In this document: piece after piece, positions 29,334 through 39,638 of the stretch
Position numbering within the stretch: position 1 is the stretch's first letter
Layout: each line of letters starts with the position of its first letter
Source: a virus
Direction: 5' to 3' (one strand)
DNA length: 64,000 bases
Virus record (IMG/VR): IMGVR_UViG_3300032307_000731
Coordinates: 1 to 64,000 of that record
The notes under the pieces: model-generated
What the model was told of the DNA's origin: nothing
The model's database searches: none
Seen by the model: the letters and a program-made list of their open reading frames with translations, nothing else
Program-made: the position numbers and the translations under genes

Positions 29334-30034
29334 TATACTAATTCTTTTAATTTTTTAATTACTTCTACTAACACTTCAACATCTTTCTCACAATATTCGA
29401 CAATACCTTTAATGTCTTTTTTGTCCCAAAACGATTCATGTACTTTATTTCCGGTTACTTCCATATTTTTAGAAGATTCGACCCCTAAACATACACACAT
29501 TAATTCTAATGATGCAATTGACCCATAACCACCATATTGCCAAACTTCTTTTGTATCAAGAGCTTTAATTTCCCATGGTTTTGTATCATGTCCGGGTAAA
29601 ATCTTTGGAGGTAGTAATCCGTTCATTATCATTCTTTTTGCCAAAACAGGAATATCAAAACCTTTAACATTATGACCACAAAGAAAAAAACCTAATTCAC
29701 CTGTACGATAAAGCATTTTTTGAACGTCTTTTAATAGTTCTTTTTCGTCTATGTTACTAAATGATTGCATTTTTGTTTCACCATCAGGTCCGATAAACGC
29801 AACACTTACACAAGCAATCCTTAGAAATTCAGGTACCAATGCTGCTCGGTTAACAAACATTTTTCCCGGACCTTCATCAGCGTCTTCAGGAAATCGTTTT
29901 TGAAACCAATCAAAATATTTTTCAAATTGAAATGAAAGTTCCGGTCTGTTTAAACATAATGATTCCCATGTTGGTTCAATCCCAACTGTCTCAATGTCTA
30001 AAAATAAAATTTTGTTTAATGGTATGTTTATCAT
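29333..30034 (-). CDS. DnaQ/PolB-type 3'-5' exonuclease
   Basis: FLDIET, GHNVKGFDIP, YCEKDV (DEDDy). Confidence 0.88.
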   Translation of the reverse strand: MINIPLNKILFLDIETVGIEPTWESLCLNRPELSFQFEKYFDWFQKRFPEDADEGPGKMFVNRAALVPEFLRIACVSVAFIGPDGETKMQSFSNIDEKELLKDVQKMLYRTGELGFFLCGHNVKGFDIPVLAKRMIMNGLLPPKILPGHDTKPWEIKALDTKEVWQYGGYGSIASLELMCVCLGVESSKNMEVTGNKVHESFWDKKDIKGIVEYCEKDVEVLVEVIKKLKELV

Positions 30035-31242
30035 AATATTGATTTATAAAATTCTGCCCTTGATTTTGTTACTATGTTTAAATCGTATTTATCTTTAACG
30101 GTTTCATACAATCTTTCCCCCATGTCTGTTACTAAATTAGGGTTTTTAATTAACTTTTCTATGTTTTTAGCCCAATCTGAATGATTTCTATTTTCGTCGA
30201 CTAACATTGCATTTCCATCAACAAATTCACCATTTTTTAAACAATGTTTTAAATCTAAAGTATAAGGACCGATATTAGATGCAATTAATGCTTTTTTATA
30301 AAATCCTGCCTCAATGACTTTTAATTGAGATTTCATCCTATTAAACATGTGGTTTTTAATTGGGGCCAAAGATACATCAAATTTTGAATAATTTTTAGCA
30401 TAAGAAGTTACGGGTTTTGTCCAAACTCTTAAGTAAGATTCATTAATTTCGTCTTTAAATGATTCTTGATTGTAATTTGTAAGGTATTTTTTATAATTTT
30501 CTGAAATTATTTTATAATCTTGAGTGAATATTTTTTCATATTGTGCCCAAACAGTTTCTTCAGGTCTAATGTCTCTTTTTGTGTGTTCACCTGTTTGAGA
30601 ATTAATTTCAGTTACGGAACCTCGAGTATCGAATCCGCAAAGTACGTATTGTAAATTATCTTTATACTTTATTAATTTACCAAATGACTCGTTTAATAAT
30701 TCAATGTCGTGTAAATGAGAGGAACCACCTAACCATCCAATTCGTAATCTATCTGACTCTAATGTTGGTTCTTTAAATTGAGGTTCATTTGGATTAATTG
30801 CATTTGGTATTACAAATACATTTTTATTTAGTTTTTTGATTTCATCAGCAAATAAAGTTGTTGTAGTTGTAACGTATTTTGATACTTTAAGATTTGCGGT
30901 AATTTTCTCATTAATTTTGTGAAACTTAATAATGTCGTGAATTGGGTGTTCTTTACCGGGCATCCAATAGTCATCGATATCACAAACAGTTATGATATCC
31001 ATAGCATTTAATTTTTGGATTAACTCATGAGCTTTTTCAAAATCAGACCCAATACTTCTATGGAAACTAACAATTTGGTATTGTTTCCAAAAGTTCATAT
31101 CGTCATAAGACGGGTCATAGATGATATCTATATGAAAATCATCTCCATAAAGATTTTGTAAGAAAATGTGAGGGTCAACTGACCTAAATTTACCAACTCC
31201 GGTTCTGTCCGATGGTACTACTAATACTTTTATTTTTGACAT
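30031..31242 (-). CDS. GT-B glycosyltransferase, GT4-like
   Basis: DIDDYW, VIPNAI, IGWLGGSSH, FNRMKSQLKVIEAG. Confidence 0.8.
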   Translation of the reverse strand: MSKIKVLVVPSDRTGVGKFRSVDPHIFLQNLYGDDFHIDIIYDPSYDDMNFWKQYQIVSFHRSIGSDFEKAHELIQKLNAMDIITVCDIDDYWMPGKEHPIHDIIKFHKINEKITANLKVSKYVTTTTTLFADEIKKLNKNVFVIPNAINPNEPQFKEPTLESDRLRIGWLGGSSHLHDIELLNESFGKLIKYKDNLQYVLCGFDTRGSVTEINSQTGEHTKRDIRPEETVWAQYEKIFTQDYKIISENYKKYLTNYNQESFKDEINESYLRVWTKPVTSYAKNYSKFDVSLAPIKNHMFNRMKSQLKVIEAGFYKKALIASNIGPYTLDLKHCLKNGEFVDGNAMLVDENRNHSDWAKNIEKLIKNPNLVTDMGERLYETVKDKYDLNIVTKSRAEFYKSIL

Positions 31243-31297
31243 AGTTATATTTTATATTCACTAAAATATAATAATTTATGTCATAGAAAGAAAGTCG

Positions 31298-31918
31298 TTA
31301 GGACAATTTTTTAATTTTTGTTACTTTGCCTTCAAATATGTGTTTACCAACTTTAAAACTAAATGTTTCGTTAGAATTTTCTGAACTTTCGGCAATTAAT
31401 CCGTTTTGTTTTAATGATTTAGTAACGGCCTCGTTAATCATTTTTTGAATTAACTTATAATCAATTCCGGTATTGTTAGTTGGTGGTGATTGAGTCGGAA
31501 CTGATTTTGGTTTTGCTGACTCAGGAATATAACTTCCTTCCGTATTTCCCATTAACCTTCTTGATTTCTCAATTAACTCATTTGACATAGTCATTGTAGG
31601 TGCTTGGTTTGGTTGAGAGATTGGATGTTCCATCATTAATTTTTTAATTTCATCCGGTAATTTTGAATTTTTAATTGCATCAACTGTAGGGACCCCAACT
31701 GGTTTGGTGTTTTCAACAGGTAATGATGAAAGATATGGTTGTGATGATTGTTGTGGACTTTCTTGTAGGAATTCTTGTGGTATGTTATATTTTACATTTG
31801 GCATATCGAATTGTTGAACCATTGGTTGTGATGATGAGTCCATTCTTCTTGGATTATCTGTTTGGGTCATAAGGGCTTTAGCATTTGACATTGCTAATTT
31901 TTGCATTAAATCACTCAT
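31298..31918 (-). CDS. Hypothetical protein
   Basis: IKNSKLPDEIKKLM motif; late-type motif at 31942-31948. Confidence 0.6.
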   Translation of the reverse strand: MSDLMQKLAMSNAKALMTQTDNPRRMDSSSQPMVQQFDMPNVKYNIPQEFLQESPQQSSQPYLSSLPVENTKPVGVPTVDAIKNSKLPDEIKKLMMEHPISQPNQAPTMTMSNELIEKSRRLMGNTEGSYIPESAKPKSVPTQSPPTNNTGIDYKLIQKMINEAVTKSLKQNGLIAESSENSNETFSFKVGKHIFEGKVTKIKKLS

Positions 31919-31979
31919 AAGTTTTGAATTTTAATATAATCATAAATAATATTATGATTTTGTCATCATAAGGTTAAAA

Positions 31980-32612
31980 TTATTTTTGTAATTTGTTTGT
32001 AATTGTTTGTCTTAATGTTGTTTTTTCGGAGTCGGTTAATTTATTACCTGTTTCAGATTCAATTGCAGAATATATTCGTTTAAACGCTTCTGCTGATTTA
32101 GATAAATCAAATCCTCCTTCACCATATTTTTGTGTAAATTCATTTGTTAATGAATCAATAGTTCTATCAATAATGGTGTCAGTATTTGTTTGTTGGAATT
32201 GTTGAGGTATAATAGAAGGTGTTGGTGGAGTGGCAAAGTTTGCAACTATTTCAACAGAAACCATACTTTTATCTCCATTAGGATTAAACCCAGGTCTTAT
32301 TTCTGTAAAAACGTCTGATGTGGGTAGAAAAGTGAATGTTTTATCTAATCTAAAAAGTCTCCATCCTGGTAATGGTTGTGAACCAATTGTTGCGGTGTGA
32401 GATGCCCCCTCTCTTTCCCAAGCACGAACAACACGATTACCGGCTTTACTAACTCCGACACAAACCGGCTCTATAAGTCTTTGACCTTTACCACCCGGTT
32501 CATCACCATCGTAACTAGTACCCATTACTCGTTTGTTCTTGATTGCGTCAATAACACTTTCAATAGATGCTATTTCTAATATTAAACTTTTAAGAGAGCT
32601 TTGTAATTTCAT
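31980..32612 (-). CDS. WYL-like domain protein with LILE leader
   Basis: Y.G...RLIEPVCVG...VRAW...GWRLFRLDK. Confidence 0.7.
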   Translation of the reverse strand: MKLQSSLKSLILEIASIESVIDAIKNKRVMGTSYDGDEPGGKGQRLIEPVCVGVSKAGNRVVRAWEREGASHTATIGSQPLPGWRLFRLDKTFTFLPTSDVFTEIRPGFNPNGDKSMVSVEIVANFATPPTPSIIPQQFQQTNTDTIIDRTIDSLTNEFTQKYGEGGFDLSKSAEAFKRIYSAIESETGNKLTDSEKTTLRQTITNKLQK

Positions 32613-32911
32613 TATAGTTGAAAGTTCGGGTAAGTGTTAGAAGAATTAAATTTATTTATTTTAATTTCATTTTTTCTTTCAACAATATCTGTTGATGTTC
32701 CTGCGTTTACATTATAAACATCAAGAAATGAACCTGTACCTCTACCCATAGAATCTCCATCCGCAACCGCATCTCTATTCACAGAAGAATATTCATTACC
32801 TGCTGCGTTATAATCATTCTTAGGTATTAATTTCGCTCTTTCCATATCAGCAATTGCTGTAAGAGAGTTTTCAACATTTTGGGATAAATCCACAGTAATT
32901 TCGTTTGCCAT
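32612..32911 (-). CDS. Hypothetical protein
   Basis: 99 aa, coupled to neighbours. Confidence 0.6.
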   Translation of the reverse strand: MANEITVDLSQNVENSLTAIADMERAKLIPKNDYNAAGNEYSSVNRDAVADGDSMGRGTGSFLDVYNVNAGTSTDIVERKNEIKINKFNSSNTYPNFQL

Positions 32912-32913
32912 AA

Positions 32914-33390
32914 TTATAATTTTGTCATTATTTCATTTATTCTTCGTAAACTTTCAGTAACTGCCTCATCATATCGTTCAACAGTTTTAGAATGTTCTTG
33001 AGATTTTCTTACGTTTGTAAAATCTTTTTTCTCGTGAGAGTCAATGTAAGAATTTTGCATTCCAGTATCCATTTTATTTCGTTTGGTTAAATCTCCAAAC
33101 TCTCTCATTTTTCTTAACTCATCGTTAACCCAATTTTTTATTTCAACACCACCATTTAAAATAAATGAAGGTTCAGTTTGTTTCCCTTTAAAATTGTCAA
33201 AAAAGTTTTTAATTCTTTTTAATTGTTTGTAATCAATATATGTTTTAGTTTGTAATTCTTTGTTTCTGTTAAACCCCTCAGTATTTTCATCGGCACCTTT
33301 AACCATATGAAAAGATTTTTTCATATGTTCCCTTTTATCTTTTGGGAATTCAATTTCTCCTTTGGGTGAATTATATAAATCTTTATTCAC
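32914..33390 (-). CDS. Hypothetical protein, possibly internal head
   Basis: LKRIKNFF...LNGG; C-terminal VTESLRRINEIM. Confidence 0.55.
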   Translation of the reverse strand: MNKDLYNSPKGEIEFPKDKREHMKKSFHMVKGADENTEGFNRNKELQTKTYIDYKQLKRIKNFFDNFKGKQTEPSFILNGGVEIKNWVNDELRKMREFGDLTKRNKMDTGMQNSYIDSHEKKDFTNVRKSQEHSKTVERYDEAVTESLRRINEIMTKL

Positions 33391-34189
33391 TTTTTAACAT
33401 TTTGATTAATTCTGATATTGAAATTCCTTCTTTATCTGCTTGTCTTTTTAATACAGATAAGTTTCTTTTTAACATTCTTGACACTTCAATATCTTTTTTA
33501 TTTATATCAGAAGAATCTGAATTTTTCTTTTTTGTTAACATATCTTCAACAACTTTAATTGCTTTTTGTTTTTGTATTTCAGATAATGTTTCTCTTGAAA
33601 TAAAATTAGGGTCATCATAGTATTCTGACTTCTTATCTTTTTTTCCTGTCCAATCTTTTCCTTGTTCCTTTGTTCTTTCTTTTGCCTCATCTTCATCCAT
33701 ACCTAATTCTTCAATATAATATTTATAAGTTTCAGGTCCATCCATGTCTTTAGTTTCTTTATTTCCAAAAGTTTTTGACAAATTAGTTTCTTTCATTTCA
33801 CTTTCACCAAAATAAGTTCTATAACCACGAGAAATTGGGTCGTTTGTGATTCTTGAAGCGGGAACAATTTGGTCCATTGTTTTTTCTGACCCAACTCTTG
33901 GGTCAAGGATTGGAATTGCCGAATTTGACATTGCTCCATCTGCGTTTACTAATTCTTCCAAATCAGTTTTAAGTGTTTTGGTTGATTTCTTTTTTTTGTC
34001 TTTTACGGTTTTTTCCAAATAATTTTTAACTTTCTTTCCTTTCTTTTTATCAAAGTGAATAACCTCGTCTTTTTTACGGGCTTCAGTTAAAGTTTCCTCT
34101 ACGGAGAAATATAAGGAATATTTATCCCCTTTATCTCTAATAAGAAAATAATAAGGTGATGAATAAAATTCTGTGTCTACGCTAATCAT
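33383..34189 (-). CDS. Hypothetical charged protein, possibly internal head
   Basis: LTE and LEE sites; late-type motif at 34204-34211. Confidence 0.55.
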   Translation of the reverse strand: MISVDTEFYSSPYYFLIRDKGDKYSLYFSVEETLTEARKKDEVIHFDKKKGKKVKNYLEKTVKDKKKKSTKTLKTDLEELVNADGAMSNSAIPILDPRVGSEKTMDQIVPASRITNDPISRGYRTYFGESEMKETNLSKTFGNKETKDMDGPETYKYYIEELGMDEDEAKERTKEQGKDWTGKKDKKSEYYDDPNFISRETLSEIQKQKAIKVVEDMLTKKKNSDSSDINKKDIEVSRMLKRNLSVLKRQADKEGISISELIKMLKSE

Positions 34190-34240
34190 CTATTCTTTTT
34201 AATTATAAATACTATGAAACAAGGTATTTATCAATTGTAT

Positions 34241-36340
34241 ATGGCATATCAAAACATTAATCAGTATAATTTTAGACGATGGGGTCTAAAACCGGCGAAT
34301 GAAATCACGGACATTTGTCTTGCTTCAGACGAAAAAGACTACGACCAAGAGGTTGTATTTTCACCTTTACTAATTGGGGAATTGGATGGTAATAGAATGC
34401 CATTTAAATTTGATTTTAATAGTAGTGGCACCACATTATGCCCAACAAGTGCTTGTACTTTTGATTATGACACTATCGTATCTGAAAATTATTGGAACCC
34501 TGATGATATTGACCCAAACTTTTGTCCAATCATAACTGATTTATGTGATGTTGGATTAACAGGGATTGATAATGGACTTGTTAAAAAAATGTCCGGAGAA
34601 ACAATTCAAATTAATACAGGTTTATATCTTACCCAATCCGATAAATTTAGTAGATACAAATATGATAGAAGGATGAAGATGCACCCAATTACCGGGTTCA
34701 CCACATCTGAAAATAGATTATGGGATGATAATTCATATAACTACGATTTAAATTATGTAAATGCCGGTGGTGACATTGGTTATGTTGCAAGATTAGACGG
34801 AGGATTCTTCCAAGGATTTTATAAAATACCGGGTTATGATTATCAAGTATTTCCACAAAGACCTAATTTAGGGTGGACTGCTGAATTTATGTTAAAATAT
34901 CGATGGACCGGTGATACTTCAGTTGGTCTTAATGTTCGATATCCTGAAAATAAAGGAACATTCTTTTATATGGGTGCCAGAGCGGAAAACAAATTTTATC
35001 ATTACGCTGACGGTTCTCCAAAACAAGATACAGGATATACCCGAGTAACATCAGGTTTAACTTGTATGAACACTTGTGCTTGTAATCTATTAGGTAGTAA
35101 CTCTAACGATTGTCTACCGGTTTATCAACCATCAGGTGGTACATCATACAATTGTAGTTGTGGGTGCCCTTGTAATTGTGATGTTACAGTACAATATCCG
35201 GAAACTGACCCATTATATGATGGGGTTTCAAATGCATTATCATTGAGATTAAGTGGTGACACCGGAAGTCCAAGATTATGTGTAAAAACATATAGAATCA
35301 CCGGAGGATGTGAAACAACAGGAACTTGTTTAACTGGAGTGACTTATACAACAGGAACATCCGTAACAGAATGGTGTTCAACAAGAGGAATTTTTGATGA
35401 TTGTAGTGGTACCACTTATACTAATGTTGAACATTGGGTTCAAATAGATGCCGTATTTCAACGAAATGAATGGTTTGATGCTTGTGATTTAAGTTTAAAA
35501 GGTGGGTTAGGTTTAATCACCAAAGAGGTGTATACTGCAACTACCGCAAATAATAGTATTAGTTTAATTGAACCACCTCTTACTCATGAACCGGATTATG
35601 ACCCGGCAACTACTGAAGTGGTAACATTTAATGACGCTTGGACTGCTGAAGAAAAATATCGTTTAGGTACTTTAAAATTCTATGTTAATGGTAAATTGTT
35701 TTTAGTTGCCGAGGATTTTGAAGAAATTATACCAAGATTACTTAATACCCCAAAAGAAAAACAAATTGGGGTTGGGTATAATATTTCATTAGGTGGTGGG
35801 ACACAAGGACTTCATGATAACTTAACATTTTCGGGAGGTTGTCCTGAAACAATAGATGACATTGTTTATCAACAAGACCCTGAGTGTTTAACAACTCACG
35901 ATTTAGACAATACAATTTATTCAGGTCTAACGACTCATATTAAATTGGAAGAATATTTTGGGGGTAGTTTGATTGGTGATATTAGTACATTTAGAATGTA
36001 CACTGAACCATTAAATGCATCTCAAATAAAACATAATTTTAATTTATTAAAATTTAAGTATGATTTATTAAATCCGGATTGTAAGGATTGTAGAATTGTA
36101 ATTCCAAGTAATGACCTAACTTACATTTTTATTCCGGATAATGATTTGTATTACATTTCTATACCAAGTAATGATTTATCTTATATTAATATACCTAACA
36201 ATAATTTATATTATGAATTAATTGAACCAACTCCAACACCTACCCCAACACCTACTCAAGTACCTTTAATTAACCCAATATTAATTAGTTCTAACATATA
36301 TCTTAAGGTTAGAATCGATGAATACTTACAATATAATTGA
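34241..36340 (+). CDS. Cys-rich virion protein with LamG/concanavalin-like C-terminal region
   Basis: LKFYVNGKL...GDISTFRMYTEPLNASQIKHNF; 11 [ST]GxT motifs; PT tail; start moved to MAYQN after TATTTAT at 34225-34231. Confidence 0.65.
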   Translation: MAYQNINQYNFRRWGLKPANEITDICLASDEKDYDQEVVFSPLLIGELDGNRMPFKFDFNSSGTTLCPTSACTFDYDTIVSENYWNPDDIDPNFCPIITDLCDVGLTGIDNGLVKKMSGETIQINTGLYLTQSDKFSRYKYDRRMKMHPITGFTTSENRLWDDNSYNYDLNYVNAGGDIGYVARLDGGFFQGFYKIPGYDYQVFPQRPNLGWTAEFMLKYRWTGDTSVGLNVRYPENKGTFFYMGARAENKFYHYADGSPKQDTGYTRVTSGLTCMNTCACNLLGSNSNDCLPVYQPSGGTSYNCSCGCPCNCDVTVQYPETDPLYDGVSNALSLRLSGDTGSPRLCVKTYRITGGCETTGTCLTGVTYTTGTSVTEWCSTRGIFDDCSGTTYTNVEHWVQIDAVFQRNEWFDACDLSLKGGLGLITKEVYTATTANNSISLIEPPLTHEPDYDPATTEVVTFNDAWTAEEKYRLGTLKFYVNGKLFLVAEDFEEIIPRLLNTPKEKQIGVGYNISLGGGTQGLHDNLTFSGGCPETIDDIVYQQDPECLTTHDLDNTIYSGLTTHIKLEEYFGGSLIGDISTFRMYTEPLNASQIKHNFNLLKFKYDLLNPDCKDCRIVIPSNDLTYIFIPDNDLYYISIPSNDLSYINIPNNNLYYELIEPTPTPTPTPTQVPLINPILISSNIYLKVRIDEYLQYN
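36101..36220 (+). repeat. Four degenerate 10-aa repeats IPxN(D/N)LxY
   Basis: IPSNDLTYIF IPDNDLYYIS IPSNDLSYIN IPNNNLYYEL. Confidence 0.8.
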
Positions 36341-36373
36341 AAATTATTTTCAAAATAAAAAAAATAAAATATT

Positions 36374-36955
36374 ATGATGACAGGAAAAACAATTAACGAA
36401 TTACCGGAAATTTTTGAAATAACTCAAGATGCGGAATTTGTGGTAGAACAATTAGATACAACTTACAAAATTAAAACTTTAAACATTACTTCAGGTTTTG
36501 CTAAAGGTTCTTTTTACTCAACTGAAACACAATCAATAACAGGGACAACTGAACAACCCTACCTAATGTATACAGAAGTTACAGATTTTGCTCAAGGGAT
36601 TTCAGTAGTTGACAATACTAAGTTTACTGTTGAATCGGGTGGGACCTATAATTTAATTTTTAGTGTTCAAATGGATAAATCCTCTTATGGTTCACCATCT
36701 CTTATTTCTATATGGATTAGAATAAATGGGGAAGATATTGAGTGGAGTGCAGGTGAGGTGATTACACCACCAACGGTTGTAGGGGCTAGAATTATTTTAG
36801 GTTGGAATTATCTTTATACATTGAACGCTGGTGATTATATGGAATTAGTTTGGTATTCAAATAATGCTGCTACTATAATCGAAGCTACCCCAAGAAACGA
36901 AGAACTTGGAATTCCTGCGGTACCATCAGTTGCGGTAACTATAACACAAGTATAA
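36374..36955 (+). CDS. C1q/TNF-like jelly-roll fibre or decoration protein
   Basis: KTINELP start; FTVESGGTYNLIFSVQ...LNAGDYMELVW. Confidence 0.6.
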   Translation: MMTGKTINELPEIFEITQDAEFVVEQLDTTYKIKTLNITSGFAKGSFYSTETQSITGTTEQPYLMYTEVTDFAQGISVVDNTKFTVESGGTYNLIFSVQMDKSSYGSPSLISIWIRINGEDIEWSAGEVITPPTVVGARIILGWNYLYTLNAGDYMELVWYSNNAATIIEATPRNEELGIPAVPSVAVTITQV

Positions 36956-36957
36956 TA

Positions 36958-37524
36958 ATGCCAAATTGTTATCAATATCAAATAACCAATTATAATAATA
37001 TTCAAGAAGGATATTATAGATGGACAGGTTGTACAGGAATTGTAAGTGTTTCACAAGTAAATCCTTTACAGACCGATTATGTTTGTGCTGATGAATTAGT
37101 TCAAGAAGAATATGGAGCTCCTTTAACAATAAATAATATTGGATTATGTCCATCGAACACACCAACACCTTCAATAACCCCATCGGTAACTCCTACTGTG
37201 AGTTTAACACCAACTCCGGTTACTCAAACCCCAACACCAACTAATACCGCAACACCATCAAATACGCCTCAACCAATATATGTTCAAAATTTAAGAACAG
37301 GTGGTTGGTATCAAAATGTCTGTGAATCGGTAAATTCATTTGCAAATCCTGCAAATGTCACAATATATTCAACAAAACCTTTCGGTCAACTTAATGTAGG
37401 TGACCATGTTTATGGTAATAGAATATTAACAATACCTCCGGTTAATGCTAGTTTTACAATATCGGATGGTGCAAAATTTATACAAATATCAGGAACATTA
37501 ATCATAAATGAAGGTGTTTGTTAA
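36958..37524 (+). CDS. Small mucin-like protein (Cys module, PT linker, Cys module)
   Basis: About 45 aa Thr/Pro tract between Cys-paired domains. Confidence 0.7.
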   Translation: MPNCYQYQITNYNNIQEGYYRWTGCTGIVSVSQVNPLQTDYVCADELVQEEYGAPLTINNIGLCPSNTPTPSITPSVTPTVSLTPTPVTQTPTPTNTATPSNTPQPIYVQNLRTGGWYQNVCESVNSFANPANVTIYSTKPFGQLNVGDHVYGNRILTIPPVNASFTISDGAKFIQISGTLIINEGVC

Positions 37525-37562
37525 AAAAAAAATAAAATAAGAAAAATTGAGTATTTATTAGT

Positions 37563-39572
37563 ATGGCAATCGGAATAAGAATTTTAAGTGATAATTTAAG
37601 TGGTTTAACCACAAATGTAACATTTTTACCTCAATCAGGTGGAACAATCAGTCTTGGGACCCAAGTATTCCCATTTAATTATATTTCAGACTATGTTTAT
37701 GGAACATACAATTGTTATGTGCCAACATATGGATACACTTATAGTTTAGATGTTTTAGGTCCGACTCCAACACCGACTACTACGATAACTCCAACAAATA
37801 CAAGTACTCCAACTCAAACTCCAACAAATACAAGTACTCCAACTCAAACTCCAACAAATACAAGTACTCCAACTCAAACTCCAACAAATACAAGTACTCC
37901 AACTCAAACTCCAACTTCAACAACTATTGCTAGATATATCTTTAGTATATGTCATGATGAATCAGATGTGGACAATGTTTGTAATTGTCCCGCTAATGCA
38001 ACTGTATGGACTAATAATCCCGTATTTAGTGCAAGTACGTTAATATGGTCAGACGCTTCAGGTCCTAACACAGGAAATCCTGAAGGGTGGTATGCAACTG
38101 ATAGTTTTATTTATTTTGCAAGTACTGAATGTGGACCGGGATGTACAAGTGGTGCAACACTAACTCTTGTTGGTCCATGTAGTGTTACTCCAACACCAAC
38201 TCCAACAAATACAGGAACACCAACACCAACTCCAACACAAACTCAAATTCAAATTTTGGTAACATACCTTATTGCACCTTGTTTGGGTGGTACGGCTTTA
38301 AATGTTGACTTTAATAGTGTATCTCTTCCTGTAATTGGAGGAAATTATTATTTAACATTCTCAGGAGAAACATCAGATGGGTGTTATGAAATTGTTAATA
38401 CTGAGGCCCCGGGAACTGGTTCTGATTATGTATCATCATTATCGATAGATTATGATAATTGTTCGACTTGTTTAAGTGTTGTGACAACACCTACTCCAAC
38501 ACCAACTAATACATCAACTAATACACAGACGCCAACTAATACACCTACTAATACATCAACACCTATTGTAAGTTCAACGCCAACAACAACACCGACTAAT
38601 ACAGAAACTCCAACTAATACACCGACTAATACTCCGACAAATACGGAAACTCCAACTAACACACCAACTAACACAGAAACTCCAACTAACACACCGACAA
38701 ATACGGAAACTCCAACTAATACACCAACTAACACAGAAACTCCAACTAACACACCGACAAATACGGAAACCCCAACTAATACACCAACTAATACAGGAAC
38801 ACCTGCGGAAACACCAACAAACACACCAACTAACACCGAAACTCCAACTAATACACCAACAAATACACCAACTCAAACTCAAACAGGTACCCCAACAAAT
38901 ACTCCAACAAATACACCAACTCAAACACCAACTCAAACTCAAACTCAAACTCAAACAGGTACACCAACAAATACTCCAACTAATACTCCAACTAATACAC
39001 CGACAAATACACAAACACCTACTCAAACTTCTACACCTACATCAACATTTGCATGGTATACGTATAGTTTAGGGACAGGTGCAACTTCTAATGATGCGTG
39101 TAATGCAATACCACAAACAATCTACGGAACAATTGAAGGTGGTGTAGGTCCAAACGTGGGTGAATATTTATACGAAACCGAAGGAAGACCTCTTACAGAT
39201 GCAGTGCCTGATGGATATTATTCTGACGGAACCTCATCGTATCGAGTTACAGGTGGTTTTGGACAAATTACTTCATCAGACCCATTAGGTTGTGCTGGTT
39301 TAATTACTCAAACTCCAACCTCAAGTCCAACACCAACACAGACAACACCTCTAACTCTTTACTATGACACACTACCTAATTGTGGTGCAACTAATCCATT
39401 TAATAATGTTATTTTAGATAATGACTTTTGTTCTGCAACAACAATAACATCAACAACAGTATTGCCTGATGGAACTTATTGGATAGTTGATAGTCTTCTT
39501 TCAGGTAGAAGAGATATTATTGCAAGTTCGGGTACATACACATTTAATGGTGGTTGTGTGGGTTGTGCATAA
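37563..39572 (+). CDS. Mucin-like Thr/Pro-repeat protein with Cys-bounded modules
   Basis: Long [10 protein letters not shown] arrays; TATTTAT at 37552-37558; no signal peptide. Confidence 0.8.
   Translation: MAIGIRILSDNLSGLTTNVTFLPQSGGTISLGTQVFPFNYISDYVYGTYNCYVPTYGYTYSLDVLGPTPTPTTTITPTNTSTPTQTPTNTSTPTQTPTNTSTPTQTPTNTSTPTQTPTSTTIARYIFSICHDESDVDNVCNCPANATVWTNNPVFSASTLIWSDASGPNTGNPEGWYATDSFIYFASTECGPGCTSGATLTLVGPCSVTPTPTPTNTGTPTPTPTQTQIQILVTYLIAPCLGGTALNVDFNSVSLPVIGGNYYLTFSGETSDGCYEIVNTEAPGTGSDYVSSLSIDYDNCSTCLSVVTTPTPTPTNTSTNTQTPTNTPTNTSTPIVSSTPTTTPTNTETPTNTPTNTPTNTETPTNTPTNTETPTNTPTNTETPTNTPTNTETPTNTPTNTETPTNTPTNTGTPAETPTNTPTNTETPTNTPTNTPTQTQTGTPTNTPTNTPTQTPTQTQTQTQTGTPTNTPTNTPTNTPTNTQTPTQTSTPTSTFAWYTYSLGTGATSNDACNAIPQTIYGTIEGGVGPNVGEYLYETEGRPLTDAVPDGYYSDGTSSYRVTGGFGQITSSDPLGCAGLITQTPTSSPTPTQTTPLTLYYDTLPNCGATNPFNNVILDNDFCSATTITSTTVLPDGTYWIVDSLLSGRRDIIASSGTYTFNGGCVGCA
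37788..37907 (+). repeat. Perfect 30-bp tandem repeat, four copies ([10 protein letters not shown])
   Basis: actccaacaaatacaagtactccaactcaa repeated four times. Confidence 0.95.
38480..39047 (+). repeat. Degenerate 12/30-bp coding repeats ([12 protein letters not shown])
   Basis: About 190 codons almost entirely Thr, Pro, Asn, Glu and Gln. Confidence 0.9.
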
Positions 39573-39638
39573 AATTATTTTAACATAAAAACATAAAATC
39601 AATACTATCATAGTATTTATATATAAAACAGAAATAAG

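Noticed and set aside
37788-37907. 30-bp repeats as a possible CRISPR array
   Set aside because: The copies are head-to-tail with no spacers and lie in frame within a CDS.
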